DNA from: Octopus sinensis
Lineage: Eukaryota
Length of the DNA: 64,000 nucleotides
Assembly: GCF_006345805.1 (NCBI RefSeq)
Contig: NC_042999.1
Span: forward strand, 7,998,001-8,062,000
Direction: 5' to 3'
Shown: positions 38,075 to 50,776 of the stretch, piece by piece
How positions within the stretch are numbered: position 1 is the first letter of the stretch
Layout: each line of letters starts with the position of its first letter
Translations under genes and position numbers: made by a program
Notes under the pieces: model-generated
What the model was told of the DNA's origin: nothing
Databases searched by the model: none
Seen by the model: only the letters and a program-made list of their open reading frames with translations

Positions 38075-39297
38075 GTTTCACAGCAATACTCTTTCCTATG
38101 CCTATGGTCTGCTACAACAAAGTTAGAATATATTAAAATGGTTCCATTTGTTATGAATTGCGATTCCCACATTGTATAGAATTTCTTTGAAACTTTTGGG
38201 CAACACTCCAAACAAAAAATCTTGGATCCCCTCCTGATGTGTGAGTAATTTTCTGAAGGACCCAAAGTGTTATGAAGGAACCAAGTTTGAGAGTCTTACT
38301 GATTCTAACTTTAATAAATGCCAATGACTTCACTAAGAAGCAATTGAAATCAAAACAGTTGGATTATGTTTGGTGTCACATTACAGAAATTGGTTTCACA
38401 TTTTGGTACAGGGTCAGTAATTTTGGAGAAGAGGATCAAATCTGATAGATCAATCCTAAATCTGATAGATCAATCCTAAAGGGATTTGTATTTTATCGAG
38501 GCAAAGCTGACCTTGGCGGAACTTGAACTTGGAATGTACAGGCAGATGAAATGCCACCAAATATTTTCTCTGGCATGCGAATGATTCTAACTGATCACCA
38601 TTTACAGAAGTTAGATAATATTCAACATTTGATAATAAAACGTATAAAAGTGAAATAAGGAAAGTTAAAAACAATTTTGAGGCGAAATACTAAGTTGTTG
38701 CATTGAATCAGAAATATTGATTTGTTTCCTTGGAACACCCAGCTGATTAAATCGATCTGAGTATATTGACAAATCTATTTATTTTATTAATTCTGGAAAG
38801 ATTGGAGACAATGTCAGTCCTTAAAGACATTTCAGTTCAGAATGTAGAGGATCATTGGTTGTAAACTCTGAACACATTTGGTTGAACTCTAACCAAAACA
38901 TTCTTCAATCCTTTTAGAAATGATCACATATTGATTCTTAACATTTGAGACAAGATTCCACATTTGGTTCAAGAACTTTCATTTGAGAAAAGACCTAACA
39001 TTTGGTTCAAGAACTTTCATTTGAGACAAAGTGAAACATAGAACTGAGTTTAATCCTTGGTATTATTCCATCCCGCCACCTCAATAATGAATGGAATTAG
39101 TTTTACTAAATGTGCTGGTGCCATGTATATACCTCTGGGAATGGTGCCATGTAGAAAGTACTCAGTACAATTTGGTATTAGGAAGGGTATCCAACCATGC
39201 CAGAACAGACAACTACTCCTATCAAAATGTCTAATCCATGCCAGCATGGAAAACGGATGTTAGATTAGGATGATGATGACATTGTAGGGTAGGTGTG

Positions 39298-39562
39298 TGT
39301 TGTAGTGAAATGGTACACCCCTTCCTACGTGGTAAAATGGTATGAGTTATTCACTACAAAGCTAGACAGTCAGTATTTGTAGGAGGACAATAGTAGTAGA
39401 ATCGTTGTATGAGTTCTCAGTTGGAGTCAGTGCCATTTATGTGTGATATATACGCGTTTGAGTTATCGTCAAGGTAGATGTTTCAAAGCTGTCAGCAATA
39501 GCACGAAAAACGAGTCAAAGATAACAAGGTGAGGAATACCGCTACAACGTAATAGTGGCGAC
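39298..39562 (+). mobile_element. Possible solo LTR with a PBS-like motif
   Basis: TGTTGTAG (39298) ... CTACAAC (39542-39548), then TGGCGAC at 39556. No TSD or second LTR found. Confidence 0.3.
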
Positions 39563-39654
39563 AATAATATACAAGCAGGTGAGGATCCACATTATAACAG
39601 TGTGAGAAGTCAGATCTGGACAATTTGAACATGTAACAGGTAGAACATTATTTA

Positions 39655-39772
39655 AATTTGACAGCTATTTGTCCTCATCTTGTTCGTTGTTAACACAACG
39701 TTTCGGCTTCATCAGGTGTCTTGGGGGAAATTTCGAACTTGGGTTCTCATTCCTAAGATATTTTTCGATATT

Positions 39773-39869
<97 letters not shown>

Positions 39870-39930
39870 TCACGGCCTTGAATCGAACTCGGAATCTTGG
39901 GGTTAGTAGCTCTTAACCACTACGCCATAT
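39655..39930 (-). mobile_element. tRNA-headed SINE-like element: Pol III head + (AAT)n + hammerhead-bearing tail
   Basis: Minus strand: A-box TGGCGTAGTGGTT and B-box GAGTTCGATTC (39866-39930), (AAT)n, then a tail homologous to 31862-32007. Its stem II is deleted (39692-39720). Confidence 0.65.
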
Positions 39931-40124
39931 ACCCTGGATGCAACCAGTTTAAACACTAAATATTAACTGATTTCTGCAAAGAAACTATTGTCATCTCCAA
40001 CAACATTTATCTTTCCAGGCGAATAACTGTCTTCAGCGAAGCAGAACCCTATTGGGTCAGATGTTGCGTTACATCACTCCAAGGTCAATAAAACGACTTC
40101 ACTGGTTTCATTTCACCTGCTGAT

Positions 40125-40600
40125 ATGCCAGCACATGGCCTAGGGGTTAGGATGCTGCACTCATGACCACCAGATCATAGGTTCAATTCCTGGATTGAGC
40201 AACATGTTGCTTTCTTGAGACAAATACTTCTTTACATGTTGCTCTAATACTGTGTGGTTTTGGAACTTTAAAGAATAGACCCAACATTTCCTCTGTGTGT
40301 CATAAAAGACGACTAAAAGAGCTTAAGGTAGGATCTTCCCCCGCAACATCTTAAAATCCTCGCCAGCCATGACTCACCAAGCAAATCCGTTTTTACATGT
40401 TGCTCTAATGCTGTGTGGGTCTGGCACGTTAAAGAAGAGACCCACCATTTCCTATGTGTGTCATAAAAGACGACTAAAAGAGCTTGAGGTAGGATCTGCC
40501 GTCCGCCCAGCCTCTTAAAATCCTCGCCAGCCATGACTCACTAAACTTGAGGTAGGGTCTGCACTCCGACCTCTTAAAATCCTCGCCAGCCTTGACTCCC
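40125..40600 (+). mobile_element. tRNA-headed SINE-like element with a tandemly duplicated body (about 160 bp x2 plus a partial third)
   Basis: Head with GGTTCAATTCC; repeated GTGTGTCATAAAAGACGACTAAAAGAGCTT and TCTTAAAATCCTCGCCAGCC. Confidence 0.6.
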
Positions 40601-41514
40601 CAAACAGACCCATCGGTTGGAATGTTGTTGCCTGAGTGGTGCAAAGGTATCATTCACTGGAAGTAGGGAATTACCACCAAATGGTGGATGCAGCGACGTG
40701 CTGTCGCAATACATGACCCCCTCCATACTGCTTTACAAACAAATCTTTGTTACGTCTAAGACAATCCTAATTTTGAGTTACTGTTTCACAGAACACACAT
40801 TCTTCATTTCAAATTAAGCTGTAAGATTCCGTGTCACGTCCTCAAAGACAAAGCAGTGCGATGCTCTACCTGAGTTACCTAACTTACATATTTCTTAACT
40901 GCCAAACATCTTACACACGAATCTAATGCGAAACTATAAAAGACAACCAAATAAGAGAAGAAAACAAAAATTCAAAACAAAACCAGACAAAAAGGAAAGC
41001 ATTCTTTGATTTAAGATATCCAAACGAAAAACTAAATAAAACCCATCACTGTAAACTCCTACATAAATCAATAATCTACAGAAATACTTTAATAAGATAT
41101 ATAGCAAAATCTGCTTCAGATTTTTCATTATTTCTGACAAATCATCAACTAATTTCATCTATCTTGGCAGTTTTCACTCGTATTTATTTCAGCGAAGAAT
41201 GCAACAACAGTTCCATTTGCAAATCTGGTTTGCTGAGTCATTTTCACTGTGTTTGTCGTGTCTTTTTCGCTTTTCAATATTCCTGCTTATTTCATTTATG
41301 TTTTTTGTCGTTTTTTTTCTATTTTTCTGGGGTTTTTTGCTTAGTTTTTATTTGTCTTTTTGGATGGTGTATATTGAAACGAAGAAGAATAGAATGGATA
41401 ATGCGTCTATAAGAATGAAGTGAGAGAAAGAAGGAGGGAGGAGAAGTTGGAGCGGAGGGGGAAGTGACAGTAAGAGTGGTAAAGATACTGCATGGTAGTA
41501 GGAGGAAGAATGCT

Positions 41515-41517
41515 CAT

Positions 41518-41554
<37 letters not shown>

Positions 41555-41865
41555 CAGCAGCAGCAGCAGCAGTAGTGGTAGTAGTAGTTGTAGCAACCGT
41601 GCCAGCGGCATCAGCAGCAGCAATGGCAGATTTGCAGCAGCTACAGCAGTAAAGTTGCAGTAGCAGAATGGTTGTAGTAAAAGCAGTGGTAGTAAGAATG
41701 GAAGCTGCTGCTGCTACAGTAGCTGTGATAGTTGAAGCAGCAGCAACAACAACAACAACAGTGGTAGCAGCAGCAACAGTAGTAGTAGTCGTGGAAGAAG
41801 TAGAAGCAGCAGTAACAGTAGTTGTAGTTGTAGTAGTAGTAGTAGTAACAGTAGTAGTAGTAGTA

Positions 41866-41900
<35 letters not shown>

Positions 41901-42030
41901 AAAGCCACAGCAGCAGCATCAGTAGTAGTAGTAGTAATAGTTGTAGCAATAGTAGTAGTAGTAGTAGTGGAAGATGTAGTAGTAGTAGTAGTAGTAGTAG
42001 TGATAGTGGTAGTGGTTGCAGTGGTGATTG
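41515..42030. repeat. Compound (CAG)/(GTA)/(GCA)/(CAA) triplet array
   Basis: Directly visible. Confidence 0.9.
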
Positions 42031-42859
42031 TGAGATAAAAATGGTACCTCTAAGCACAGAATTTCCATAGATTTGCATGCCACCAAATATGGCTGAAAGC
42101 TTTTCTGATGTCGTGTGTAACGCCGCTACTTTTACCAAATTCCTCGACGGAGAGAATTACTGGTAAGTAAGGTAAACTTCCAGTAGATTCAGTTTTACCA
42201 GATCAGTACTGATGCTCATTAAGCAAAGCGTAAGAGAAAGTTCCCTTTTGAGGTGTGGCATATCTGCAATTTTATAATAGTTGACAATCGGTTTTGCACT
42301 TGTATTAAACTGGACGCTAGTTAACAGCACGGTTACGTAATACTGTGTGCTCGTCAGAGCAAGAATGTATATAAAAAAACAATATGGTAACTGCTGACTG
42401 TTATTGGAGGTGAAAAATCACATCGGGTTTGTGAACAAAGACGAAACGAAATGAACAAGGGTTATAGCATGAGTTATATCTCCTCGATCCCAAAGGTCTT
42501 TGAGAAGTGAATCTACAAGCGTTTTCTGAAAAGGTGGGTCGGGGTTAGGGGTTGGTTTGTGTAGGGTTCGAATATGTGTAAAGGTATTATATGCACAGGT
42601 TTATGAGGAGGATGGGGGTATTGGGTGAGAGTTTGAAAACTTAATCCCATGTTAGGGCTCATATGTTTAGTTAAAATCTGTTCAGAGTTTTCAGGATAAA
42701 GGTGTGAAAATGCTGAAGGTGGAGGACTGGAGACTATAGCCATGATGGGGCCTGTAGATACGACATAATATACTTTCCTTCATGTGGGCAAGTGCAAAAG
42801 ATCTCACATCTGTAGTTTAGGTAGATATTTGGGTGCTTAGAGTATTTTAATATGGTTAA

Positions 42860-43640
42860 TTTTTGGCTAAATATAACCTGCATTTTCTTCTGCTATCAAA
42901 AACAAGTCTTGCACTTCTCAAAGATTTTCTACTTTATGTTGACCTCCTCCGTCTGAATAATGAGTCTTTCCTTTCCATCCTCCTTCTTCCGTTTCTGTGG
43001 CTTGGAGCGACAGCCACCTTTTCCTCGCTTCCAACAAGGGCAGCTGCCGCTACCGAAGCCACGTCTATATCCAGTGGAATTGCTTCTACCCTCACCTTGG
43101 AAGTCTTTCTTCCAAGGTATGTGGGCAGAAGCACTACTTCCTCTGTTTTCACCGCCATACTCGCCAGCCTCCTCGTCTCCTCTACTGTCCTAAAATGGAC
43201 GACCATTGTCCCATGTCTTCTTCCTTTGGTCATGTATGTTTTTTTGATCGTTCTCTCAGCGTTTTTTACACTTCTGCCTCCACCTGTTCTGCCTTTTTTC
43301 TTTCAACGAGTGCACCTTATAGGGGATCGTTTTCTTCTCCGTCCTCTCCATAATTCTTTTGGGGAGTGACAACTTCACGTCGCCGCCACCTTCTGAGACA
43401 TCTTCTTATATTCCTTTAGACCAACCAAGTCCAGCTCCCTTCGCTTCACCTCCGTGGCTTCAGCAAAACTCCTTGTCTTCAGCACTCCGTTCATCTTTAT
43501 GACCGCCCTTACTAGCTCCTCCTCCTCCTCCGACGACGACGACGACGACTCAGACCCGTCAAGGTCTGAGTACATCTTCTAAGCAACACAAAAAACTACG
43601 CCCGACTCTTACAAAATCCAGACAGCAAATAACCCGACGC
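42860..43640 (-). pseudogene. Degenerate retroelement ORF1-like sequence (probably Tx1/L1 clade)
   Basis: ORFs 43375-43575 (acidic/Ser N-terminus) and 42934-43233 (GTMVVHFRTVEETRRLA..LLPTYLGRKTSKVRVEAIP) are broken by stops and frameshifts. Clade assignment from memory. Confidence 0.5.
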
Positions 43641-44559
43641 ATGCGCGGAAGCAAGTTTCTTACCACACAGCCACATTTTACGTGTTCACCTCAAATTGGG
43701 TTTTCTAGAGACCCTCCGCTACACAACTAGGATGTTATTTTTCCTTTCATGTCAGACCATGAGAAATCAGGATTTTGGTTGATTATTACAAAATGGATTG
43801 GGAATTCGAGGGCTTCCAATAAATCCACACACACTTTCCTACCGCTAACACCATAGAAAATTGTGGGGCTTCGTTTTCTTTTGCTATTTCTAGCTTTTGG
43901 GGAATCAACTGTAGCTTGATGTTGACTTCTTAATGCATTGGTGTTACTGCATTCATGTGTCTCGTTACACCAGCAACTATGTTGAAGACCAGTCTATACT
44001 GACAAGTAGGATATATATATGTTGCCATTAATGGTGTATATTCCCTTCATAAATGACAATGGGAATCGAGTGTCTCTGCAGTGCTATCGTTTAAGATTTG
44101 AAAGCTATAAAACTATATCGTTGACCGGTCTGTAGAGGAAGTGCAATCTTCATAATGTCTTTTAAGTTATGAGGGAGAATACAGCCAGCCAATGTCCCTT
44201 ATGTTGCCCATAAATATTGCTTCCACTGCACTGATTTTGTGGCTCCTTCGTCCTCTCCACACAAGTGAATTTTCATGGCTACACACATTCAACTCAACGT
44301 TTTCCAAATAGCCAGACTATATCGTTGTCACATTAAGTGAAAATTACAGTTATTTGGCAAAATAATTAATGATGATTCTAAGGCTGACATCCACTTAGAA
44401 GTAAAATCTTTATTATGATCATGAGATTTATCATAGAAAAGGACATAACAAGACAGACAAATACAAAAATGTTACACGAGTTCGAATGAGACTTTTAAAA
44501 ATTTAATTATATGACATAAACGAAACCTTGGCTTACTTTTGCCTTTACAACGAGAACTT

Positions 44560-45010
44560 TTTAAAAAAAAACAAAAAAAAACTAGAGAAAATAACATACG
44601 ATAAAAAGGAAAAAAGGGAAAAAATTGCAGGTTCAAAATTTGAACCCGGCAGCCTTTAAGGCCAAGCAACTAATTTTTCATTTCTTTGATGATTAAGCTG
44701 GGTTACTCACACCCATCTTTCTCATCACATCCTTCCATCGTTTTTCGTATTCACTCGGTGGCAGGGTCTCCCTCTCCAACCCCATCTTGCTCTTCAGATG
44801 ATATCTGAAGTAATATAGCAATCCGGGGCCGGGAGAAGAAGGACCCTGTCACAAAACCTTCCATTCTAGTTCTCCATATACACTCTTTCAGTACTGCAAC
44901 CATACAGTAAAAACAAGCCTTACCTTCCTTTGTGGGTCCAGTTGGCGGTATCATTTTTGTTATAGATCCAGCCGACAGCTGTACTCGTTCCAAAATCCAG
45001 TTAGAAGTAT
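44560..45010 (-). pseudogene. 3' end of a Tx1/L1-like LINE ORF2 with 3' UTR
   Basis: VQLSAGSITKMIPP..ACFYCMVAVLKECIWRTRM, then after one frameshift LLYYFRYHLKSKMGLERETLPPSEYEKRW*; T-rich UTR follows. Confidence 0.55.
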
Positions 45011-45559
45011 GGCAGAGGGAGAGGTTAAAGTGTTATATATGCAAGTGATTTACCGTTACCGTAGCCTTGCCGTAGCAACATTAGAAATTAAGAAGACAAA
45101 ATATTGTGTAAAGTGGGTGGCTGGAGATTATTGTTGAAAGCAGGTATTTGTATCTACTTGACAGGTGTTTCGTTTTCTATATAAAGTTAATATTGTTAGA
45201 CATGTAAGTAATATATTTCGTGGGTGTACAAACTCCAGCCGTGAGCTACATTCATTCAAGTTATCAATGAAACATTCCTTTTTATTACAGGCACATTCGT
45301 TAGCATTTTCCATAATTTGTCTCAGTTTGAAAGTGTAGAAACTAGTTTTGTTTAAATGTATCTAGAAGCATGAATTACGTAACATCGAATGATATAAACA
45401 ACGCAACTGTTCCTTCCACCTTTCATACTGCTTTTGTGTGAAAATATATAAATAATGAAAATAATAAATTTAAATGCTTAAGTACTAAGAGGGCAACGTC
45501 TTAAGCAAAACGGATTTCATTTGCCGCTCTTTTATCAAACACTCGTTAGAAAATATTAC

Positions 45560-45946
45560 TGGCTGTGTGGTAAGTAGCTTGCTTACCAACCACATGGTTC
45601 CGGGTTCAGTCCCACTGCGTGGCACCTTGGACAAGTGTCTTCTGCTATAGCCTCGGGCCGACCAATGCCTTGTGAGTGGATTTGGTAGACGGAAACTGAA
45701 AGAAGCCTGTCGTATATATGTATATATATGTATGTGTATGTATATTTTTGTGTGTCTGTGTTTGTCCCCCTAGCATTGCTTGACAACCGATGCTGGTGTG
45801 TTTACGTCCCCGTCACTTAGCGATTCGGCAAAAAAGACCGATAGAATAACTACTGGGCTTACAAAGAATAAGTCCCGGGGTCGATTTGTTCTCGACTAAA
45901 GGTGGTGCTCCAGCATGGCCGTGGTCAAATGACTGAAACAAGTAAA
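45560..45946 (+). mobile_element. SINE family B, CpGs intact
   Basis: Full head, CORE-like segment and tail. Confidence 0.9.
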
Positions 45947-47349
45947 TGGGTAAATATTAACACTATAAAAACATTTCCATCATTTACAAAATAGGTGAAG
46001 TTCTACTGTTCTTGAAATATTTCCAACAATTCTCCCGAGATTTGGCCCTTTCAAACGATAACTGACAGCTCTTTTCGATTAGTATCTTTTACTGAAGAGT
46101 TTTTTTCTCCGTCTTTATGGACACGGCATTTAATTCAACTTCTTTCGCATCTCCATTGTAAACAAATAAAGGGAGTTTTCTCATTTCCTTATAATGAATG
46201 ATATTTCTTTGTTTAGTTTCGAGATACTTTCTTGTTTATTCATTTAGTTTTGTTGTTTCAATTCAATTCCATTTCTTTGTCGTACACTTTTCAAAGAATA
46301 TAAGAATTTATGCCAAATTTCTTTAATTGGTATATTCATGCCTTCTTAAACACTTTGAAGAATGTATTTTCTCTCTGTACATCTATACTAGTTTAATATT
46401 TATTATAAACAGGGGGCTGGAGTGTCGGAATGGTAGAGTGTTAAACTAAATGACATTTGGTATTTAGTTCTGTTTCGCTTCGTTCCTTGTTGAATTTTTC
46501 CTAAAATCACTTTGTCTTTCATCCATCAAAGTTGATCAAGTAAGTGCAAGTGATGTACACATACTAATTCACCAGACTCTCTACACTTTAACAAATCGGT
46601 GTCATTGTGCTAATGCAAGAAATCAATGTTCATTATGAATACGATAAATCGTTTTAATAAATCGATACGACAAAAGAAGCTTAGAGAGATCGGCCTCAAA
46701 GACATTTTTTTTTTATTAGAACTTCGAATATAGTACAATTACCAAGTTATGTTCTACAAAATGAAAAGCTTGGAATAATGCTTCCCTACGCCCAGTCGAT
46801 ATTCTATTGTCGGGAATATTGAGATTCTCGTCTGCTTTACTGAATTTTGTATCAGACAATGTTATCTGGCTCATTCAAAAAGTATTCAATAGATTTTTCG
46901 AATTTTCTTTTAAGGAAGTATGTTTTTCTTCATTCCGATATCTTAATCTTTTAAAGTCAATATTGTAAGCTTTGATGACATATTCTCGGTTGGTTATTCG
47001 CATACATACAAGAAAAAAAAAATCATTAGCATATCGCTTTTGGTTTGACTGGGACACTAACATTTTGTACATATCCATTGATTTATTTTTAAACATCTAC
47101 AGAGAGAATTGCAGCAAAGTGCGACAATTAAACAAAATAGTCAACCACCACTCGTTATTCGACCGTTAGCTATATTGCACCAGGTTGCCTATTTATCCCT
47201 CAGTACACGGATTCAGTAAGAATTCAAATCTTACCAATGTCCGCTTATCTAGTTTAGGAGCTAAACTAAAAGCTGCACTCCCCAGGAGACTTTATTTTTC
47301 AGATTTTCTTACAAAGTAGCTATTACATGGAAAACTTATTTCAGAAGTT

Positions 47350-47515
47350 CGTTTTTGGATTTGGTTTGCAAGATTCTTTATATGAGTTCGTGTGTTGAAA
47401 CATATTCTGTTGTGTCTGGGGAGAGTCGTTTTCTTTTTCTGCCTTATAATGTAACCCACTCACCGGTAAAATTTCCACTTGCTTCTTATTTTTATTTTCC
47501 TAAAATTTTCGTTTA
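47350..47515. mobile_element. Single-orientation copy of the 19.2/37.8-kb foldback family
   Basis: CGTTTTTGGATTTGGTTTGCAAGATTC...TTTCCTAAAATTTTCG. Confidence 0.75.
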
Positions 47516-48400
47516 AGAAGTAACTCTAAGATTGCCCTAAGTTTAAAACTTGCTGGTCATATCAAGTGTTGCCCAGATTCAATTTAGAACAAGTTTTCCA
47601 GTTAAGTTCCATATAGTTTCTCCCCACAGTCAATGTTTAATTTTTCTTTTGCATATCATCGCCGGTGAATCCAGCTTTTATCAGGCAACACGTTGACGGT
47701 GAAAATTGGAAATTAGAAATTTAATGTCGAAAATAGATTTTGTCACTTATTACGCTGCAAGTCATCGTTTTGAGTTTCCATTGATATTGTAAGTTCCTTA
47801 AGTTCTGAAAATAATGGTGAAAGTTTGAACAGCATCTTTGATTTTAAAGCTGATATTGCCCTTATTCGTTTTATCCTTTTCTGTGAGTAGACCCGCACCG
47901 GGTCTTTGACAAAAGCATCCCACTTTCAATGGTCTTATATAATAATAATCATATATTCCTTGTTAAAAAATTTCTCTGATTGTAAACTCTCTTCGTTTCT
48001 TGTGCCATAACGATTTATATAATAAACAAACATCTCTGTAAACATTATATAATGAAAGTATATATTCCTCGCTTGCAGTGCTGTGATCTGTATATCCGTT
48101 AGCATAAAGAAATCACTCCATTGCGACTAAAATTGTCCGGATCAACAGGAGTTCAATTCTCTTTCCGAGACTTTCATAGAATAAACTGATTTAAAGCCAA
48201 AACAATCAATCATCCGCTCCAACTTCCTAATCTATTTCTATATTACTCAGAGTGACTTCTGTTTCCTGCAGTTCTCTTATATATATACAGAATATTATAT
48301 TTATCTATTTGTATCACTTGCATAACCGTTTTGTACCTAAAGTTATTTTTTCTAAGTTTTGGCTTTTATTTAGCACAAAACCTACCAAAGATATTGTCTT

Positions 48401-49333
48401 AGTTAGTTAGTTAGTTAATTTGGCTCAAAAGCAAATAGCAAGGCCATGTAGGGGGACATGGAGTTAAGTACAGGGTGGTGTTCATGTAAAGAGTTCAGGC
48501 CACTTGAGGTCCAGGGAGGCTTTGAACAAAGCGGTCGTCGGCATCTTTACCATCTCGTCTGGCAGCTTGTTCCACGGATCCGCAACCCGGACGGAGAAAG
48601 CTCCTCTCCTTCGATTGAGATGAAATCGTCGCAGGTAGAGCTTTTCGGAATGACCCCGCAGCCGACGCTCTGGAGCAGGAGTGAAGAACAGCTCTTTCGA
48701 GAGGTTACACTTTCCGCTTATGATGTTGTGGGCGAGAATGAGATCACTACGGCGGCGGCGTTTTTCAAGAGAATAAAGGTCGAGCGTCCTCAGCCTTTCT
48801 TCGTAGGAAAAATTTTTGAGACCATGAACCATGCGGGTAGCCAGCTTCTGGACTCTTTCGAGATGCTGTATGTCTTTGAGGAGATAAGGAGAAGAGGCTT
48901 GAATCCCATACTCCAATATGGGTCTCACCAGCGTGACATAGAGTGGTAGGAATATGGCTGCTGTGAGCATTCCGAATGACCGTCGAATCAAGAACAGAAT
49001 TCCGCGTGCTTTGTTGGCAGCATGGACGCACTGGGCCGAAGGCGAAAAGGAGGAATCCACCAAGATACCTAGGTCCTTTACCTGATCGGTCCTCTCCAGC
49101 AGCAGACGACCCGGCTCGAAATCAAGTTGAGTTGCAGGAGTAGAGCCGACAGGCAGATGACAGCACTTTGACACGTTCAGACACAGGTCCCAATCGTTAG
49201 ACCACTTCCAAATTTGGTGGAGGCATCGACGAAGATCCTCTATAGTACCGCGAGGAGCGACCAGTTTGATATCGTCGGCAAATAGAAGGGTGTGTTGCGT
49301 GAGGTCGTCGGGCAAGTCATTTATGAAGACTAA
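48401..49333 (-). mobile_element. Young 5'-truncated CR1-clade LINE (RT C-terminus, uninterrupted 277-aa ORF 48482-49315)
   Basis: FINDLPDD..LLFADDIKL, KDLGILVDS, LVRPILEY, LERVQKLATRMV, YEERL, LRGH, FSVRVADPWNKLP. 3' hairpin CCATGT/ACATGG (48444-48461) and (TAAC)n tail. Confidence 0.92.
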
Positions 49334-50373
49334 GACTTATTACGCCAAGGGAGATGGAGTGCTGGATTGTTGACGCAACGGACAAAATGAATTCTAATAT
49401 TGCTTTACAATCTTAATAATCTGCGTTCAAATGCCTCTGAGGTTTATTTTGCCTTCTATCTTTCCGGGGTCGATAAAATGAAGTATCAATCAAATTCTAG
49501 GAGTAAGATCCCGACCCTTATTTCGACAGGCCTTGTGCTTAAGCAGGAAACCAATATTATGACTTTTCAATATACTTCATTTGTCCTCTTTCTTCAAACC
49601 CTGTGGTCATTAATTTCTTTTGACTCGAATGTTTGTTTCTGAGATTTCTTATACAATGTCAAGTACTTTTTTTTTTCGTTTGAAGAAGTGGTTTTTCGCA
49701 CTTCAATTCTTTGAAGTGCTCCTGCTTATTTGGTGCTCCTAATCACTGACTTTACCACGAATGTATTAATCTTTTATGGAAGTTTTTCACATTGATGATT
49801 TCAAAGATATTTATTTCATTAACTTTTCCTTTATTATTTTTACTTTTACCAATTTGCTGAGCGCTGTTTTCCCCTGTTGATTACAATAGACACAAACTAT
49901 TTTTTTTTAGTGTTTGTTTTACACGTTTGCTTGTAATAATAAGTGTGTCACCTCTTATTATTTCGTACGTTCGATATTTTTGTGTTTACAGCGTGTTTGA
50001 TGTCTTATTATATAAGTAAATTAAAACCACCTACTTCGATTGTTATGTTTGGCTCCTGAATATATAAATAGTTCAATTCCATATTTCTGAGATTAGGACA
50101 CTACTCCGGCTAATGCAAACTTTACATAATTATAGTGAATCAAATTATTGTGGTACACAGTAAATATGTATGTCTATAAGTATGTGTGCAAGTAACTAAG
50201 TACGTAGGTTTGTACCAATATAGTAGTAAACCGTCAGTTCTAAACGTGAACGTGGGCTTTTACTTACTTACAAGTAAACTCATTTCTTTATCAGCCACCG
50301 TGGGCCCAATATAGAGGGGAGAGTACAGGCAAAACAAGTGGGGACATAAAAGAATGAATGAAAATGAATTATA

Positions 50374-50776
50374 TATTTCTTTACTACCCACAGAGGAGAC
50401 AAACAAAGACAGATAAACGGATTAAGTCGATTACATCGACCCAGTGCGTAACTGGTACTTATTTAATCGACCCCGAAAGGATGAAAGGCAAAGTCGATCT
50501 CGGCGGAATTTGAACTCAGAACGTAGAGGCAGCCGAAATACCCATTTCTTTATTATCCACAAGGGGCTAAACATAGAAGGGACAAACAAGGACAGACATA
50601 GGTATTAAGTCGATTACATCGACCCCAGCGCGTAACTGGTACTTATTTAATCGACCCCGAAACGATGAAAGGCAAAGTCGACCTCGGCGGTATTTGAACT
50701 CAGAACGTAACGGCAGACGAAATACCGTTAAGCATTTCGCCCGGCGTGCTAACGTTTCTGCCAGCTCGCCGCCTTA
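50374..50776 (-). mobile_element. SINE family A dimer, CpGs intact
   Basis: Junction GCAGCCGAAATACCCATTTCTTT at 50529-50551. Confidence 0.88.

Noticed and set aside
38441-39030. 20-bp (about 38438-38480) and 38-bp (about 38960-39030) local direct duplications
   Set aside because: Ordinary slippage events with nothing further to support.
39960-40040. CUGAAGA-CAG..CUG-GAAA on the minus strand
   Set aside because: No convincing stem III or stem I; likely chance. Similar partial cores near 42350, 54391, 55565 and 60208 were rejected for the same reason.
41348-42138. Poly-S/V/A/L/Y ORFs up to 165 aa
   Set aside because: Compound triplet array.
48458-48949. 163-aa plus-strand ORF
   Set aside because: Antisense to the CR1 ORF.
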